Assembly: GCA_963718895.1 (NCBI GenBank)
Contig: CAVRAG010000008.1
Span: forward strand, 448,001-512,000
Reading direction: 5' to 3'
DNA: 64,000 bases
From: an uncultured Nitrososphaerota archaeon
Lineage (GTDB): Archaea > Thermoproteota > Nitrososphaeria > Nitrososphaerales > Gagatemarchaeaceae
Under the pieces are notes generated by a model, which saw only the letters and a list, made by a program, of their open reading frames with translations, did not search any database and was not told the origin of the DNA. The position numbers were made by a program, and so were the translations under genes. Shown here one piece after another: positions 9,992 to 19,690 of this stretch. Position 1 is the first letter of the stretch; the number at the start of each line of letters is the position of its first letter.

Positions 9992-10645
9992 TCATGAACG
10001 AGACCTCGCAAGTACTTCAACGCGGATCGAGCGATTTGCCTCTAGTCCGGACGACCCAAGCCTCCTCTTCCTCCGCGGTATTTCAATCCGCGTCCCCAGG
10101 ACCTTCCTGAGGCGCTTGCACTGCTTCCTGACCGTCGCCTCTCTTACTCCGGCCGCCTCCGCCGCTTCGATCTGGGTCAGCGCCTCGCCGTCCAGCAGCG
10201 ACGCCAGGTAGAGGGCCGCAGCCGCCAGTCCCTGGGGGAACACGCCTGCCGTGATCCCCGCCTTCTCGGCTGCCGATAGTATCTCTCGAGCGTCTGCCTC
10301 CACCTTTGGGCTCGTCTTCGCTCGGGATGCGACGTTAGCCAGGCATTCCGCGGGGTCGGCGACGGGGATCTTCAGGTTCAGTTCCTCGACTAGCAACCGG
10401 TAGCAGCTAGCCACAACTATCCTGTCCAAGCCGCTGGCCGCGGCCACCTCTGCCAACGTCGCGGGGACCTCGTTCTCCCTGCAGGCGGCGTAGAGCGACG
10501 AGGCCGCGATCTGGACGAGCGGCCTCCTCTTGTTGACGCCCCTTTCCAGACTTCTCCTGTATATGCGAGCGGCCTCGTCAGTCACCGTGCGCGGGATTGG
10601 GAGTCTCTCAGAGAACTCAATCAGTTCTCCGAGAGCAAGCTTCAC
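9992..10645 (-). CDS. TFIIB/TFB family protein, cyclin repeats only (no Zn ribbon)
   Basis: AARIYR, AASSLYAACR...PATLAEVA, PQGLAAAALY, TQIEAAEAAGVREATVRK. Confidence 0.8.
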   Translation of the reverse strand: MKLALGELIEFSERLPIPRTVTDEAARIYRRSLERGVNKRRPLVQIAASSLYAACRENEVPATLAEVAAASGLDRIVVASCYRLLVEELNLKIPVADPAECLANVASRAKTSPKVEADAREILSAAEKAGITAGVFPQGLAAAALYLASLLDGEALTQIEAAEAAGVREATVRKQCKRLRKVLGTRIEIPRRKRRLGSSGLEANRSIRVEVLARSRS

Positions 10646-10646
10646 C

Positions 10647-12254
10647 TCAGCCCTGTCGGGTCGGGGGTCTCTTGACGACGTAGCCTATCGCCAGCCCAGC
10701 CAGCAGAAGGACGACCATCACTGCGTATGCCCAGTCCGGTATGGAGGATGTTGTCTGGGTCATGGTGCTGGTCGTGGTCTGGGTCGTCGTGGCCGTGTTG
10801 GTCAGGGTGGTGGTTGGCCCGGTAACCGTGCTCGTTGGTCCACTAACTGTGGTGGTTGGCCCGGTAACCGTGCTCGTTGGTCCACTAACTGTGGTGGTTG
10901 GCCCGGTAACCGTGCTCGTTGGTCCACTAACTGTGGTGGTTTTAGTGGTCGTTGTGGTCGTGGTTGTCGTGGACAACGGACCCGTGGATGAGGTCGTCGT
11001 TGTCGTAGTCGTAGCGGTGTTGGGGATGTAGGAGAACCTGTAGATGCTCGTGAAGAAGGACGGCGTCCCACTGACGATTGTGAAGTAGGTCGCTGTCAGC
11101 GTATATGTCCCCGGAAGGGCCCAGGACAGACTAGGAGTGAACTTACCGCTGAATGCCCCATTCGCTGAAATGGTGACCGTCTGGGTGAACACTGTCGCGT
11201 TTACTGGATTCGTGATTTGGAGCGAGAGCGTACTCCCAGCAGCGGACGGCGACCCTGTAACTGTTCCCGAAATGGTACCCGTCGCGTTTCCCACATAACT
11301 GTTGGAGTTTGTGGCCGCATTGACAGCGTACGCCGGGGGGGTTGTAGCCGTGGTCGAGGTGGATGTGCTCGTCGTCGTGCTTGATGTCGAGGTTGTTGTG
11401 CTCGAGGATGTGGTAGAACTTGTGCTTGATGTCGTCGTCCTTGATGTGCTCGTCGTCGTGCTTGATGTCGAGGTTGTTGTGCTCGAGGATGTGGTAGAAC
11501 TCGTGCTTGATGTCGAGCTGCTGCTCGAAGCGGAGGAAGTTGTGGAGGACGTGCTTGAGGATGAACCATACGTCTGGCCGCTGAAGGTCAGTGTGTACGT
11601 GCTCATGTCAGTCACCATGTGGTCCCCTGGCGACGAGAACTCGCCGACCCCAAATCCAATCTCAATCGTGGAACCCACCCCCAGCTTCAAGTCGTACGGA
11701 GAGGCTCCGGACAGAACGAACGGTCGGTAGCACTCCACGGTATACTGCCCGTTGGATACTATGCCTGTAAGGGTCAGACCGCACACCGACTGCACCTTGT
11801 AACCTAGGGAGTCTACCGTGGACGGGGTCACCGTATCCGTTGATACGAATTCGTCAACGTTGCTCTTGAACGATGTACTGGCGAGTATCATCATCGTGGG
11901 CGTGCTCGAGCTCCCCATGACCTGGGTATTATTCAGGTAACCGAGCTCTATGCCGCCGAAGCAGGCCGCGTCTGTGCAGATGAACGCAGACGTGTGCCAG
12001 ATCATCAAGAAGAGCCAGCCCGTCCCGTTCTGCTTGGCCGCAAAGGTAATTCCTGATTGAGGCTCATTTATGGTTTGTGTGTCAGCCCACTGGGAAGATT
12101 GGTATGGGCTCTTGACGTTGACCGCAATCGTAGACTTGTATGCGGTGATCGTGGTGGGTGCCCCTTTTGCCGTGCCAATGGCGACCCCGGAGGCCAGAAT
12201 CATCAGAACGACGACAGTAAGAGCCAGAGCACTGTTGAATTTCGTCCCATTCAT
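10647..12254 (-). CDS. Secreted Ser/Thr-rich membrane-anchored protein with N-terminal DOMON-like domain
   Basis: Likely start MNGTKFNS at 12254, signal peptide, beta-rich domain with MG...GDH, long S/T linkers, C-terminal TM. Confidence 0.7.
   Translation of the reverse strand: MNGTKFNSALALTVVVLMILASGVAIGTAKGAPTTITAYKSTIAVNVKSPYQSSQWADTQTINEPQSGITFAAKQNGTGWLFLMIWHTSAFICTDAACFGGIELGYLNNTQVMGSSSTPTMMILASTSFKSNVDEFVSTDTVTPSTVDSLGYKVQSVCGLTLTGIVSNGQYTVECYRPFVLSGASPYDLKLGVGSTIEIGFGVGEFSSPGDHMVTDMSTYTLTFSGQTYGSSSSTSSTTSSASSSSSTSSTSSTTSSSTTTSTSSTTTSTSRTTTSSTSSTTSSSTTTSTSSTTTSTSTSTTATTPPAYAVNAATNSNSYVGNATGTISGTVTGSPSAAGSTLSLQITNPVNATVFTQTVTISANGAFSGKFTPSLSWALPGTYTLTATYFTIVSGTPSFFTSIYRFSYIPNTATTTTTTTSSTGPLSTTTTTTTTTKTTTVSGPTSTVTGPTTTVSGPTSTVTGPTTTVSGPTSTVTGPTTTLTNTATTTQTTTSTMTQTTSSIPDWAYAVMVVLLLAGLAIGYVVKRPPTRQG
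10807..10941. repeat. 42-bp tandem repeat, three copies plus a partial copy (encodes TTTVSGPTSTVTGP)
   Basis: Identical units gtggtggttggcccggtaaccgtgctcgttggtccactaact at 10807, 10849 and 10891. Confidence 0.9.
11362..11515. repeat. Tandem duplication with 81-bp period, encoding a Ser/Thr linker
   Basis: gatgtgctcgtcgtcgtgcttgatgtcgaggttgttgtgctcgaggatgtggtagaac... at 11362 and 11443. Confidence 0.8.
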
Positions 12255-12342
12255 CAATTTCACTCTTGCCAATTGCACTCTCGCCAGCTTCACTCTTGGT
12301 GATTCGGGTTCCTCGAAGTACGCAGGTTCCGGCGCCTGACGA

Positions 12343-14218
12343 TCAGGCGGGAATCTGCGTGTGGTTTGGCAGGGAGGCTGCGTGCGCGCCGGCGTACTGC
12401 CCCATGACCATAGCCTCGGGGAAGTTCCCACCGCTGTGGTACAGGTAGCCGAAGATTGAACCAAGCTCGCCTACGGAGTATAGCCTGGGGATTGGGTTGC
12501 TGTACACGTCGATGGTTCGGCCGTACTGGTCGTGCACTGGGCCTCCGTTCGTGTTCAGACTACCGATGCACAGCTCCAGCGCGTAGAATGGTGGTTTGCT
12601 GATGGCCCCCATTCCAGCGGCCGGCCTGCCGAAGTCCGAGTCGACTCCGGAACCGGCGTAGCTGTTGAAGTTGGTCAGGGTTGTGGCGAGATTGGTGGTG
12701 TTCATGTTACGTCCGTCCGAAGTAGTCGTAAGCTGACGATGCTGTTGCCGAGCGTTGTTATGTCTGGGGCCGAGATAAACCATCCCTTCGCCAGCTCCAC
12801 GCTGTTGTCGCTGCTCCACGTGTAGTGTGCCGTCTGATGTAGTGCCTTACAGCGCCACCCCACGACCCGGAGGCCAGAGCGCCCGCAGACATGAGTTGGC
12901 TGTCGAAGATCAGCCAGAATGGAGTGTTGGGATAGTCGACGTAATCGGTAGTCACCGACTCGGCTAGCGCCGAAGCCGGTAGGTTCGATGGCAATCCGGC
13001 ATACTGGGGGCTGTAAGGAGCTACATTCGCTGACAACCCGTTGAGCTCCACGAAGTTGATCGGTCGGCAGAAGCTGTGCGGTGTGGCTGCTGACAATCCA
13101 CTCGTTCATGAATCTCTTGCCGTACCTGTTCACGATGAAGGCTACCTTGCTGCTTGCGCTCTTGCTGCACTGGAATCCAAATCCGAGCTCTTTGCACGCG
13201 GCCTTGCCCCATAGCCAGATCCGGTCCACTCCTTGTTGTTCATGTGCCAGAGCGCGGCTCCCACACTCTGAGCCATGGTTATCCCGTCTCCGGTGTTGTA
13301 CGGCGTACCCCAGAATGAGAGGAAAGGCGCGTTCGAATGCGCCCATGGCTCGAATTGGTTCCTCATCGCGTTGTTGTTCTCGAACCCGCCGCAGGCAAGG
13401 ATTACCCCCTTGTTGGCCTGGATGTTTAGCGTCGCACCCATCCAGTTTACTGCCTGGACGCCCAGTATTTCCTTGGTGTTGGGGTCCTGAATCAGCCTCT
13501 CCGCCGGCGTTGACTGCAGCACAGGGATTTTCCTCGAAGCAACGCAGCTCTCCAGGAAGACCATTGTGTCGAGGCCCTTGCCCTGCCCTCCGGTGGGGGT
13601 TTGGATGAAGCAGTAGCTCTGCCAATTCGCCTTCGACTGGAAGCTGGGGTTGACGAAGCCTGTCACAAGGGATCTCGGCACTGCTGATGTGGTTGCAACG
13701 TAGATGGTCTTGCCTCCGAGGCCCGCGATCCAGGAAGGCCAATTGGCGATGCCTTGGCAGAGGGCAGCAATCAATTCGTCATCGTCCACTGTGCCATAGT
13801 GGATCATCTTGTGGTAAGTTATGAAATCCTGTACGGAGCCGCCATTCGATGCGAGCACGGGAGAGAACACTTGGCCTCCACAAACGCCGCTATTGCCGCA
13901 GTCGGCGGTCGGTGCCTTGTCAAGTACGATGACGCTCGCTCCGGCATCATGCGCCGTTATGGCAGCGGCGCAACCTGCCGCTCCTTGCCCTACTACCACC
14001 ACGTCAGCGGTGTAGTCCCAACTTGACGGAACAGAAGCTGGTTGTGCTCTCCTGGTTGAGCTGGCTTCGAGCGCCTTCGCGCCTGCTGTTGCTGGTGCAC
14101 CTGCGACGTGAGGGATGAGCGTCGTTGCTCCTGCCACAACTCCCAGCGCTGCGGCGCCTACGGCCGCAGTTCCCACGAACTGTCGTCTTGATATCTTAGC
14201 TGTTGACTCAGACGCCAT
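12343..14218 (-). pseudogene. Tat-exported FAD-binding oxidoreductase (fumarate reductase/3-ketosteroid dehydrogenase flavoprotein family), frameshifted
   Basis: SRRQFV Tat motif, DVVVVGQGAAG, GVILACGGFE, NTGDGI, VNRYGKRFMNE, NTNGGP...IPRLYSVGELG spread over at least 3 frames. Confidence 0.8.
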
Positions 14219-14279
14219 ATCTAATCTTGGAGTTAAAGCGCTTCAATCAGTACTTAGGCGAGACGTAACATGTGCACTC

Positions 14280-14600
14280 AAGCCGACGTCCTTTGCACAC
14301 AAGTGCGGGGCGGAAGGAGATGTCCGAAAACGAACCTCACGCCCGAACACCACAAGGTGCAAGACCCTCCTGAAGGATTCACTACGGGAAGAGTGGTTGA
14401 AAGCGAAGAACATCCCACATGAAGACTGGGATCTACTTCATCGGGTACAGCCGGTCACCAAGCACCACCGAGGAGATGCTACAAAACATGTTCGTGGGTA
14501 AGCCTCCGGGCAACTATAACAGGCTTCTGGACTTCAGCCGGGCCGTCGCTGGGGTCTGTTCTTCGTGCCATCCGCGACATTTCTGGAGGGAGTCGGTGCT
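14280..14600 (+). pseudogene. Remnant of a dye-decolorizing (DyP-type) peroxidase C-terminus
   Basis: GIYFIGYSRSPSTTEEMLQNMFVGKPPGNYNRLLDFSRAV.G resembles DyP C-termini; N-terminal half absent. Confidence 0.6.
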
Positions 14601-14683
14601 ACCAACGCCAAGTCTCTTAGAGGTAACCGTCTCGATTAAGCACGATTGAAACTGAGTGATCTCACCAGGTCACCATGGTAGGT

Positions 14684-14709
14684 TTGATGGGACAAGTGAG
14701 ATTTGAACC
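14684..14709. repeat. Degenerate tRNA-3'-end-like repeat (candidate att site), copy 1
   Basis: ttgatgggacaagtgagatttgaacc resembles 34515-34539 and the reverse complement of a T-arm/acceptor end. Confidence 0.4.
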
Positions 14710-15356
14710 TAAAGTCGGACTCCCGCCCGGGACACTTGAGCCCACAGGTCGAGTTCCCGCGTGGCCCTTCATGGGGTTTCTTGTTTTTTGCATTTTGAAC
14801 TCGAGAAGGGATGAACGGGTCCTGGTTGACTTTCCTCTCCTAAACCAAACTGAGAACTGGATGTGTGTACGGTCCTGTTGGAAGATGATGCTGGACTATG
14901 CTAACAAACACATGTTGACAGAACCGAAACCATCTCTTGACGAAGAGGTAATCTCCGAGATAGTCAACACAACTAGGAGTGGCGCATGTTTGATGAATGT
15001 TGCTTACTAAACAAAGAAAAATCTATTGTGTCGGCCGTGCCTTCCTTCAAGGCGGGGCCTCACAGGATGGCAATAAGCTCTGCCGTGCTATGGGACAAGC
15101 GTCGAAGCCATGGGTCAGCGCTCGTTCTTGGCCGAGTCTATCGCGGGACTCGACGGTCTTCCTTGGGGATTAACGCGCGCACGGCTAGCGCTTCCCGCCG
15201 CCTCTGGAAGGGTGGCGAAGTAGACATCTAGGATGTCCTTGTAGCAGTTCAATCCCCTTGTTCCTCCGAAAAACGTCCCGGGGGGTTAGTCAAGAGACTG
15301 ATGCCCTCCCCCTAGGGTCCCGGAGCGATCACTCTCCATGACCACACATTCTCAAG

Positions 15357-16688
15357 CTAGATGCTCGTGACGATCAGATACGTGTTGAATATGAGGATCA
15401 GGGTGACGCTGACCAACGCGGCGAGCGTCGTGGCGTGACTGTTCACGAACTCCCCCATGAACTTCTTCTTGGAGGTGTAATAGACGAGGGGAATCATCGG
15501 CAGGGGGATCATCAGGCTCAGGACTACCTGACTGTAGACAAGCAGGTGGAGGGGATCGATTCCCAGCAGGACCGCGATGGTGGTGGGGAAGACGTTCACG
15601 AATCTCGTCACTATTCTCCTCGCCCAGATGTTCCAATGCTTGCCGATGAGCCCTTCCATTATCACCTGGCCCGCGATCGTCCCGAGGGTCGACGACGAGA
15701 GGCCCGATGCGAGAAGGGTCACGACGAAGACGGTGCCGACCACCGGCGCGAATATCGTCCCGAGCTGCGTCACAGCCTGCCCTATGGTGATGTTCACGTT
15801 AGGGTAGAGGGGAATCGCGACGAGCAGTATGCCTACGTTTACGATCCCGGCGATCGTCAGCATCACCACCGTCTCCCACTTATGGAGGTTCAGCGTCCTG
15901 TGTCTCTCCTCCGGTGTGAACTGATTGTCGCCCTCCTTCGCCCCGGGGATCTTCCTACCCGTGAGGTCCATCTTGTTCTTCGCCAGCCAGGAGTGAACGA
16001 ACAGGGCGTGGGGCATCACTGTCGCCCCGATTATTCCTACCACCAGAAGGAGAGCGTCGCTGCCCAGAGGGGCGATCGTGACCGAGTGGATTGCGACCTG
16101 GCCCAGATCGGGCTTGACGACGGCCAGCTGCCAGAGGAACCCGACGACGAGGACGCTGACGAGGAGCATGAACATCCGTTCTATGATGTGGTATCTCCGA
16201 GTCATCAATGTCATTATCAGCAGCACGTCCAGGGCGCCGAAGATGGCTGCGTACAGGAGAGGCACCCCGAAGAGCAGGTTCAGGGCTATCACGGTCCCGA
16301 GATACTCTGCTAGGTCGGTCGCAGTCGCGGCTGCCTCCGCGGCCAACCAATAGGGCACCACGAAAGCCTTTCGCACCAGCGAGCTCTTGACGAGTTCGGG
16401 CAGGGATCGGTCGGTGGCTATCCCGAGCTTGCCGGACAGGTACTGGAGAATCATGGCCATCGCCGAAGCGAGCCAGACCGCCCAGATGAGGTCGTACTTG
16501 AAACCGGCCCCGCCGGCCAGGTCTGTGCCGTAGTTGCCGGGGTCCATGTACGCTATTGACACCATCAGAGCTGGGCCTAGGTAGACGAGGAAATCGTGAA
16601 GACGACGGCGGGCCTCAGTCGGAGGCCGGATGGTTCCCTTGATGATGTCCTCCGGCGGTTCAAGTGTCCTCCTCTTGGGTCCACGCAT
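15357..16688 (-). CDS. mntH: Nramp family Mn2+/Fe2+ transporter
   Basis: AYMDPGNY and GATVMPH signature motifs, about 11 TM. Confidence 0.92.
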   Translation of the reverse strand: MRGPKRRTLEPPEDIIKGTIRPPTEARRRLHDFLVYLGPALMVSIAYMDPGNYGTDLAGGAGFKYDLIWAVWLASAMAMILQYLSGKLGIATDRSLPELVKSSLVRKAFVVPYWLAAEAAATATDLAEYLGTVIALNLLFGVPLLYAAIFGALDVLLIMTLMTRRYHIIERMFMLLVSVLVVGFLWQLAVVKPDLGQVAIHSVTIAPLGSDALLLVVGIIGATVMPHALFVHSWLAKNKMDLTGRKIPGAKEGDNQFTPEERHRTLNLHKWETVVMLTIAGIVNVGILLVAIPLYPNVNITIGQAVTQLGTIFAPVVGTVFVVTLLASGLSSSTLGTIAGQVIMEGLIGKHWNIWARRIVTRFVNVFPTTIAVLLGIDPLHLLVYSQVVLSLMIPLPMIPLVYYTSKKKFMGEFVNSHATTLAALVSVTLILIFNTYLIVTSI

Positions 16689-16721
16689 CTACTCATGGAG
16701 ACGATAACATATGTATTTAAC

Positions 16722-16773
16722 TTAGATGTATCTAACACTTATCGAGATATCTAATTTATTTAGACTGACATAA
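16722..16773. promoter_or_regulatory. Three phased DtxR/MntR-type boxes (TTAG-N6-CTAA) next to the mntH TATA box
   Basis: TTAGATGTATCTAA (16722), ATCGAGATATCTAA (16741), TTAGACTGACATAA (16760); 19-bp period. Confidence 0.7.
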
Positions 16774-16841
16774 ACCTCTTTGGCGGTCCTAATCCCTTCG
16801 AGGTCTGGGTGGAGGCTGCGAAGAGAGTGTTGTTCGTCAGG

Positions 16842-16970
16842 TCAGTCCTCACAGGTCCCGCACAGCTTCGGCGGGAGGAAGTGCATTACGCCGTTGCTGT
16901 CGCGGTAGACCTCGTAGTCCTCGGTTTTGAGCTTGCGTGCGGGTTCTTTCTCTTTCTTCGTCTCGGTCAT
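16842..16970 (-). CDS. 42-aa small protein with C-terminal CGTC
   Basis: Manual translation MTETKKEKEPARKLKTEDYEVYRDSNGVMHFLPPKLCGTCED; TTATA about 25 nt upstream. Confidence 0.55.
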   Translation of the reverse strand: MTETKKEKEPARKLKTEDYEVYRDSNGVMHFLPPKLCGTCED

Positions 16971-17480
16971 GGAGGCTCGGGAGCGCGGCCGAGGCTATAA
17001 TGACCGGATTGCAGTGTAGTAGCTAGCTCGAGAGATAGCTGAAAGTGGGCGAGCGGGAACGTAACTTAGTCTGCCCTCTGTTCGAGAGACCTTATCCAAT
17101 TTCCGTCGTTTTCGGGTAAGGTATGTCGGTCATTGCAACCGTTGACGTCGGCTATCATCACCAGTCAGGCCGGACCCAAGTCCACAACAACGTTCTGAAC
17201 CCCGAAAACCGGTTCTCTACCTCCATTTGTTCAAGCACGGTTTGTCGTTTCGCAATTCCTCCTTAAACGCGTCCGCCCGCTCTGTTGATGGATTCAGCCG
17301 GTCCCCCGTTCTTCCTTCCAGGATCGGACGCTATTCCCTGACTGAGGATCTATCCCCGCGGCGGCGCTCGTCTCCAACGGGCGGATAGTCAATAACCTCT
17401 GTAGTCCAACATGTGACTTGAAAATCAATCAGACCAGAGGTGAGAGTTCGACGGTGAACCCAGGAAAGCCAATCGCCCTC

Positions 17481-17921
17481 TCACGTTTCCAGCTTTTCTG
17501 CCATCGCAGCCAAGTAAGTCTGATTTTTCCGAAGAAAGTCCACCATCCGCTCTATCTTGTGAATTGTCATTGGGTGCAGGTAATGTTCGATTCCTTCAGC
17601 ATCTTCGTCCGCCACCCGTTTCTCCACGTCGATCATGGATAGAAACTCTGAGATTATTGCATGTCTTGAGATTACCGATTTTGCGATCTTCGCGCCCTCG
17701 TCCGTCAACCTGATGCTTCGGTAGGGCTCGTGCACCAGGTAATCCTTTGCGGCCAGTCTCCGCAGCATAATAGAGACCGTTGGGGGTCTGACTCGAAGCT
17801 TCTCTGCGATTTCTGCCGTGCTTGCATAGCCCTTTTCTTGGATCAGATGGTAGATTACCTCGAGGTAGTCTTCCAGCCTCGAATTCCCTCCTCGCTGCTC
17901 AGCCTGGTTAGCTCCCGCCAA
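17481..17921 (-). CDS. mntR: DtxR/MntR family metal-dependent repressor
   Basis: EDYLEVIY, IAEKL.V.PPTVS, LT..G...A....RH, DAEGIEH. Confidence 0.9.
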   Translation of the reverse strand: MAGANQAEQRGGNSRLEDYLEVIYHLIQEKGYASTAEIAEKLRVRPPTVSIMLRRLAAKDYLVHEPYRSIRLTDEGAKIAKSVISRHAIISEFLSMIDVEKRVADEDAEGIEHYLHPMTIHKIERMVDFLRKNQTYLAAMAEKLET

Positions 17922-17978
17922 TTCATCCCTCGCTTGCAGAGAAGCAGGTAGCCGCGCATTAAAAGGGTTTTTGAAAAG

Positions 17979-18039
17979 TTAGGCGCACCTACAAAATGAT
18001 GAGTACTATAATCATGTTAGAGTCATCTAAGTTTAAATA
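17979..18039. promoter_or_regulatory. DtxR/MntR-type boxes and TATA box in the mntR/mntH2 divergent promoter
   Basis: TTAGGCGCACCTAC (17979) and TTAGAGTCATCTAA (18017), followed by TTTAAATA. Confidence 0.7.
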
Positions 18040-18065
18040 ACTGATGTAACTCTCTCTCAAGAGCC

Positions 18066-19360
18066 ATGCGTGCGCCTTGGAGTCGGTCTCTGAAATCACC
18101 AGAGGAACTCGAGGCAGAGAAGGAGGAAAGGGTTCGCAACCACATTTCTCCGCGCGCCGTGCTCGTCTATCTCGGTCCCGCCCTGATTGTCAGCATGGCC
18201 TACATGGATCCGGGGAACTATGGGACAGACATCCAGAGCGGCGCTTCATTCGCGTACGACCTTCTGTGGGCGGTCTGGATGGCCAACCTGATGGCCATGG
18301 CGTTGCAGTACCTTTCCGGGAAGCTGGGAATTGCGACTGGGAAGGACCTCGCCCAGGCTAGGTCCGCGGATCCCTCAAGACGAGGAAGCTAATCATTCCC
18401 TATTGGCTGGCTGCAGAGGCAGCGGCGGCGGCGACGGACCTCGCCGAGTACCTGGGTACCGTCATCGCGCTCAACCTGCTCTTCGGGGTGCCCCTCCTGT
18501 ACGCAGCCATCTTCGGCGCGGGCGACGTGATTATCCTCCTGGCGCTGACGTCAAAACGCTTTCGGGTCATCGAATACTTCTTCATGCTCTTCGTTTCCAT
18601 GATAACCATAGGTTTTCTCTATCAGGTAATCCTGATAGGGCCGAACCTGTCTAACATCATGTACCACTCCGTTGCCGTGTCAATCAGCGGCAAGACCGTC
18701 CTGCTGGTGGTCGGGATAGTGGGCGCAACAGTGATGCCGCATGCGCTCTTCGTCCACTCCACGCTCACAAGGAACAAACTGACCACGGCGAGCATTGAGG
18801 AGAAGAGGAGGCACCGGAGGCTACACCTCAGGGAGGTCGTCGGTACCCTCACCATCGCCGGTCTCGTCAACGTCGCAATCCTCGTCTCGGCCGCGGCCGC
18901 TTTTCATGCCAACTACAGCGGTGTATCCACGATCAACCAGGCCTACGAAGTGATGGTGCCTCTGTACGGCTACCTTGCAGGTACCGTATTCGCACTGACG
19001 CTGCTCGCTTCGGGCCTCGCTTCTTCCACCACGGGCACGCTGGCGGGCATGGCCATGATGGATGGGCTGTTGGGGACTCATGTAAACAAGAACCTCCGTA
19101 GGATCGTGACGAGATTGATCAACGTCTTTCCCACCACGATCGCCGTCTTGATAGGGCTCAATCCTCTGTCACTGCTGATTTACAGCCAAGTGATTCTGAG
19201 CCTGATGATACCACTACCGATGATTCCTTTGATTATCTACACGAATAGTAGAAAGGTGATGGGCGAGTTCGTGAACAGGAAGATCACCACGATTCTTGGG
19301 ATTCTCTGTGCCGTCACCATCATCTCCCTGAACATCGCGCTGCTCTACAACGCGCTTTAG
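18066..19360 (+). pseudogene. mntH: Second Nramp transporter, split by a frameshift near 18360-18390
   Basis: AYMDPGNY in ORF 18066-18392; IPYWLAAEAA...GATVMPH continues in another frame to 19360. Confidence 0.85.
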
Positions 19361-19690
19361 GGCGTTGATCGGGCAGCAGGTCACAGGTACCCTCAAGGCG
19401 CTGCTCCTATGGGGACGTCGGAAGCGGGTGGTAAGAGTGATCGAGTTCTTTCCCACCCGCGAAGACTATGCGAAGAAGTTCGGCACCTGACCTTTACGAG
19501 AAAACCTTCCAGGGTTCCCTGATGGGATTCCCACCTTCGCGCAGAACTCTCGAAAGCGAGGGTCCTTTCGCAGCTCTTCGAAGAATGGGAGGTATCTGAT
19601 CAGATAGTGCCAAGAGTGTGTCTCGGTCTGGTCCACTTGGACTCGGCGGTTCTGGCGACTGCCGATCGGTGCTTCAGGTTCGGACGGGTT

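Noticed and set aside
10741-11730. Val-rich and repeat-containing ORFs on the + strand; the 42-bp repeats as a possible CRISPR array
   Set aside because: They are antisense shadows of Thr/Ser linkers. The repeats are contiguous, in frame and have no unique spacers, and no cas genes are present.
19360-19490. Short HEPN-like fragment after mntH2
   Set aside because: Too short and degenerate to call.
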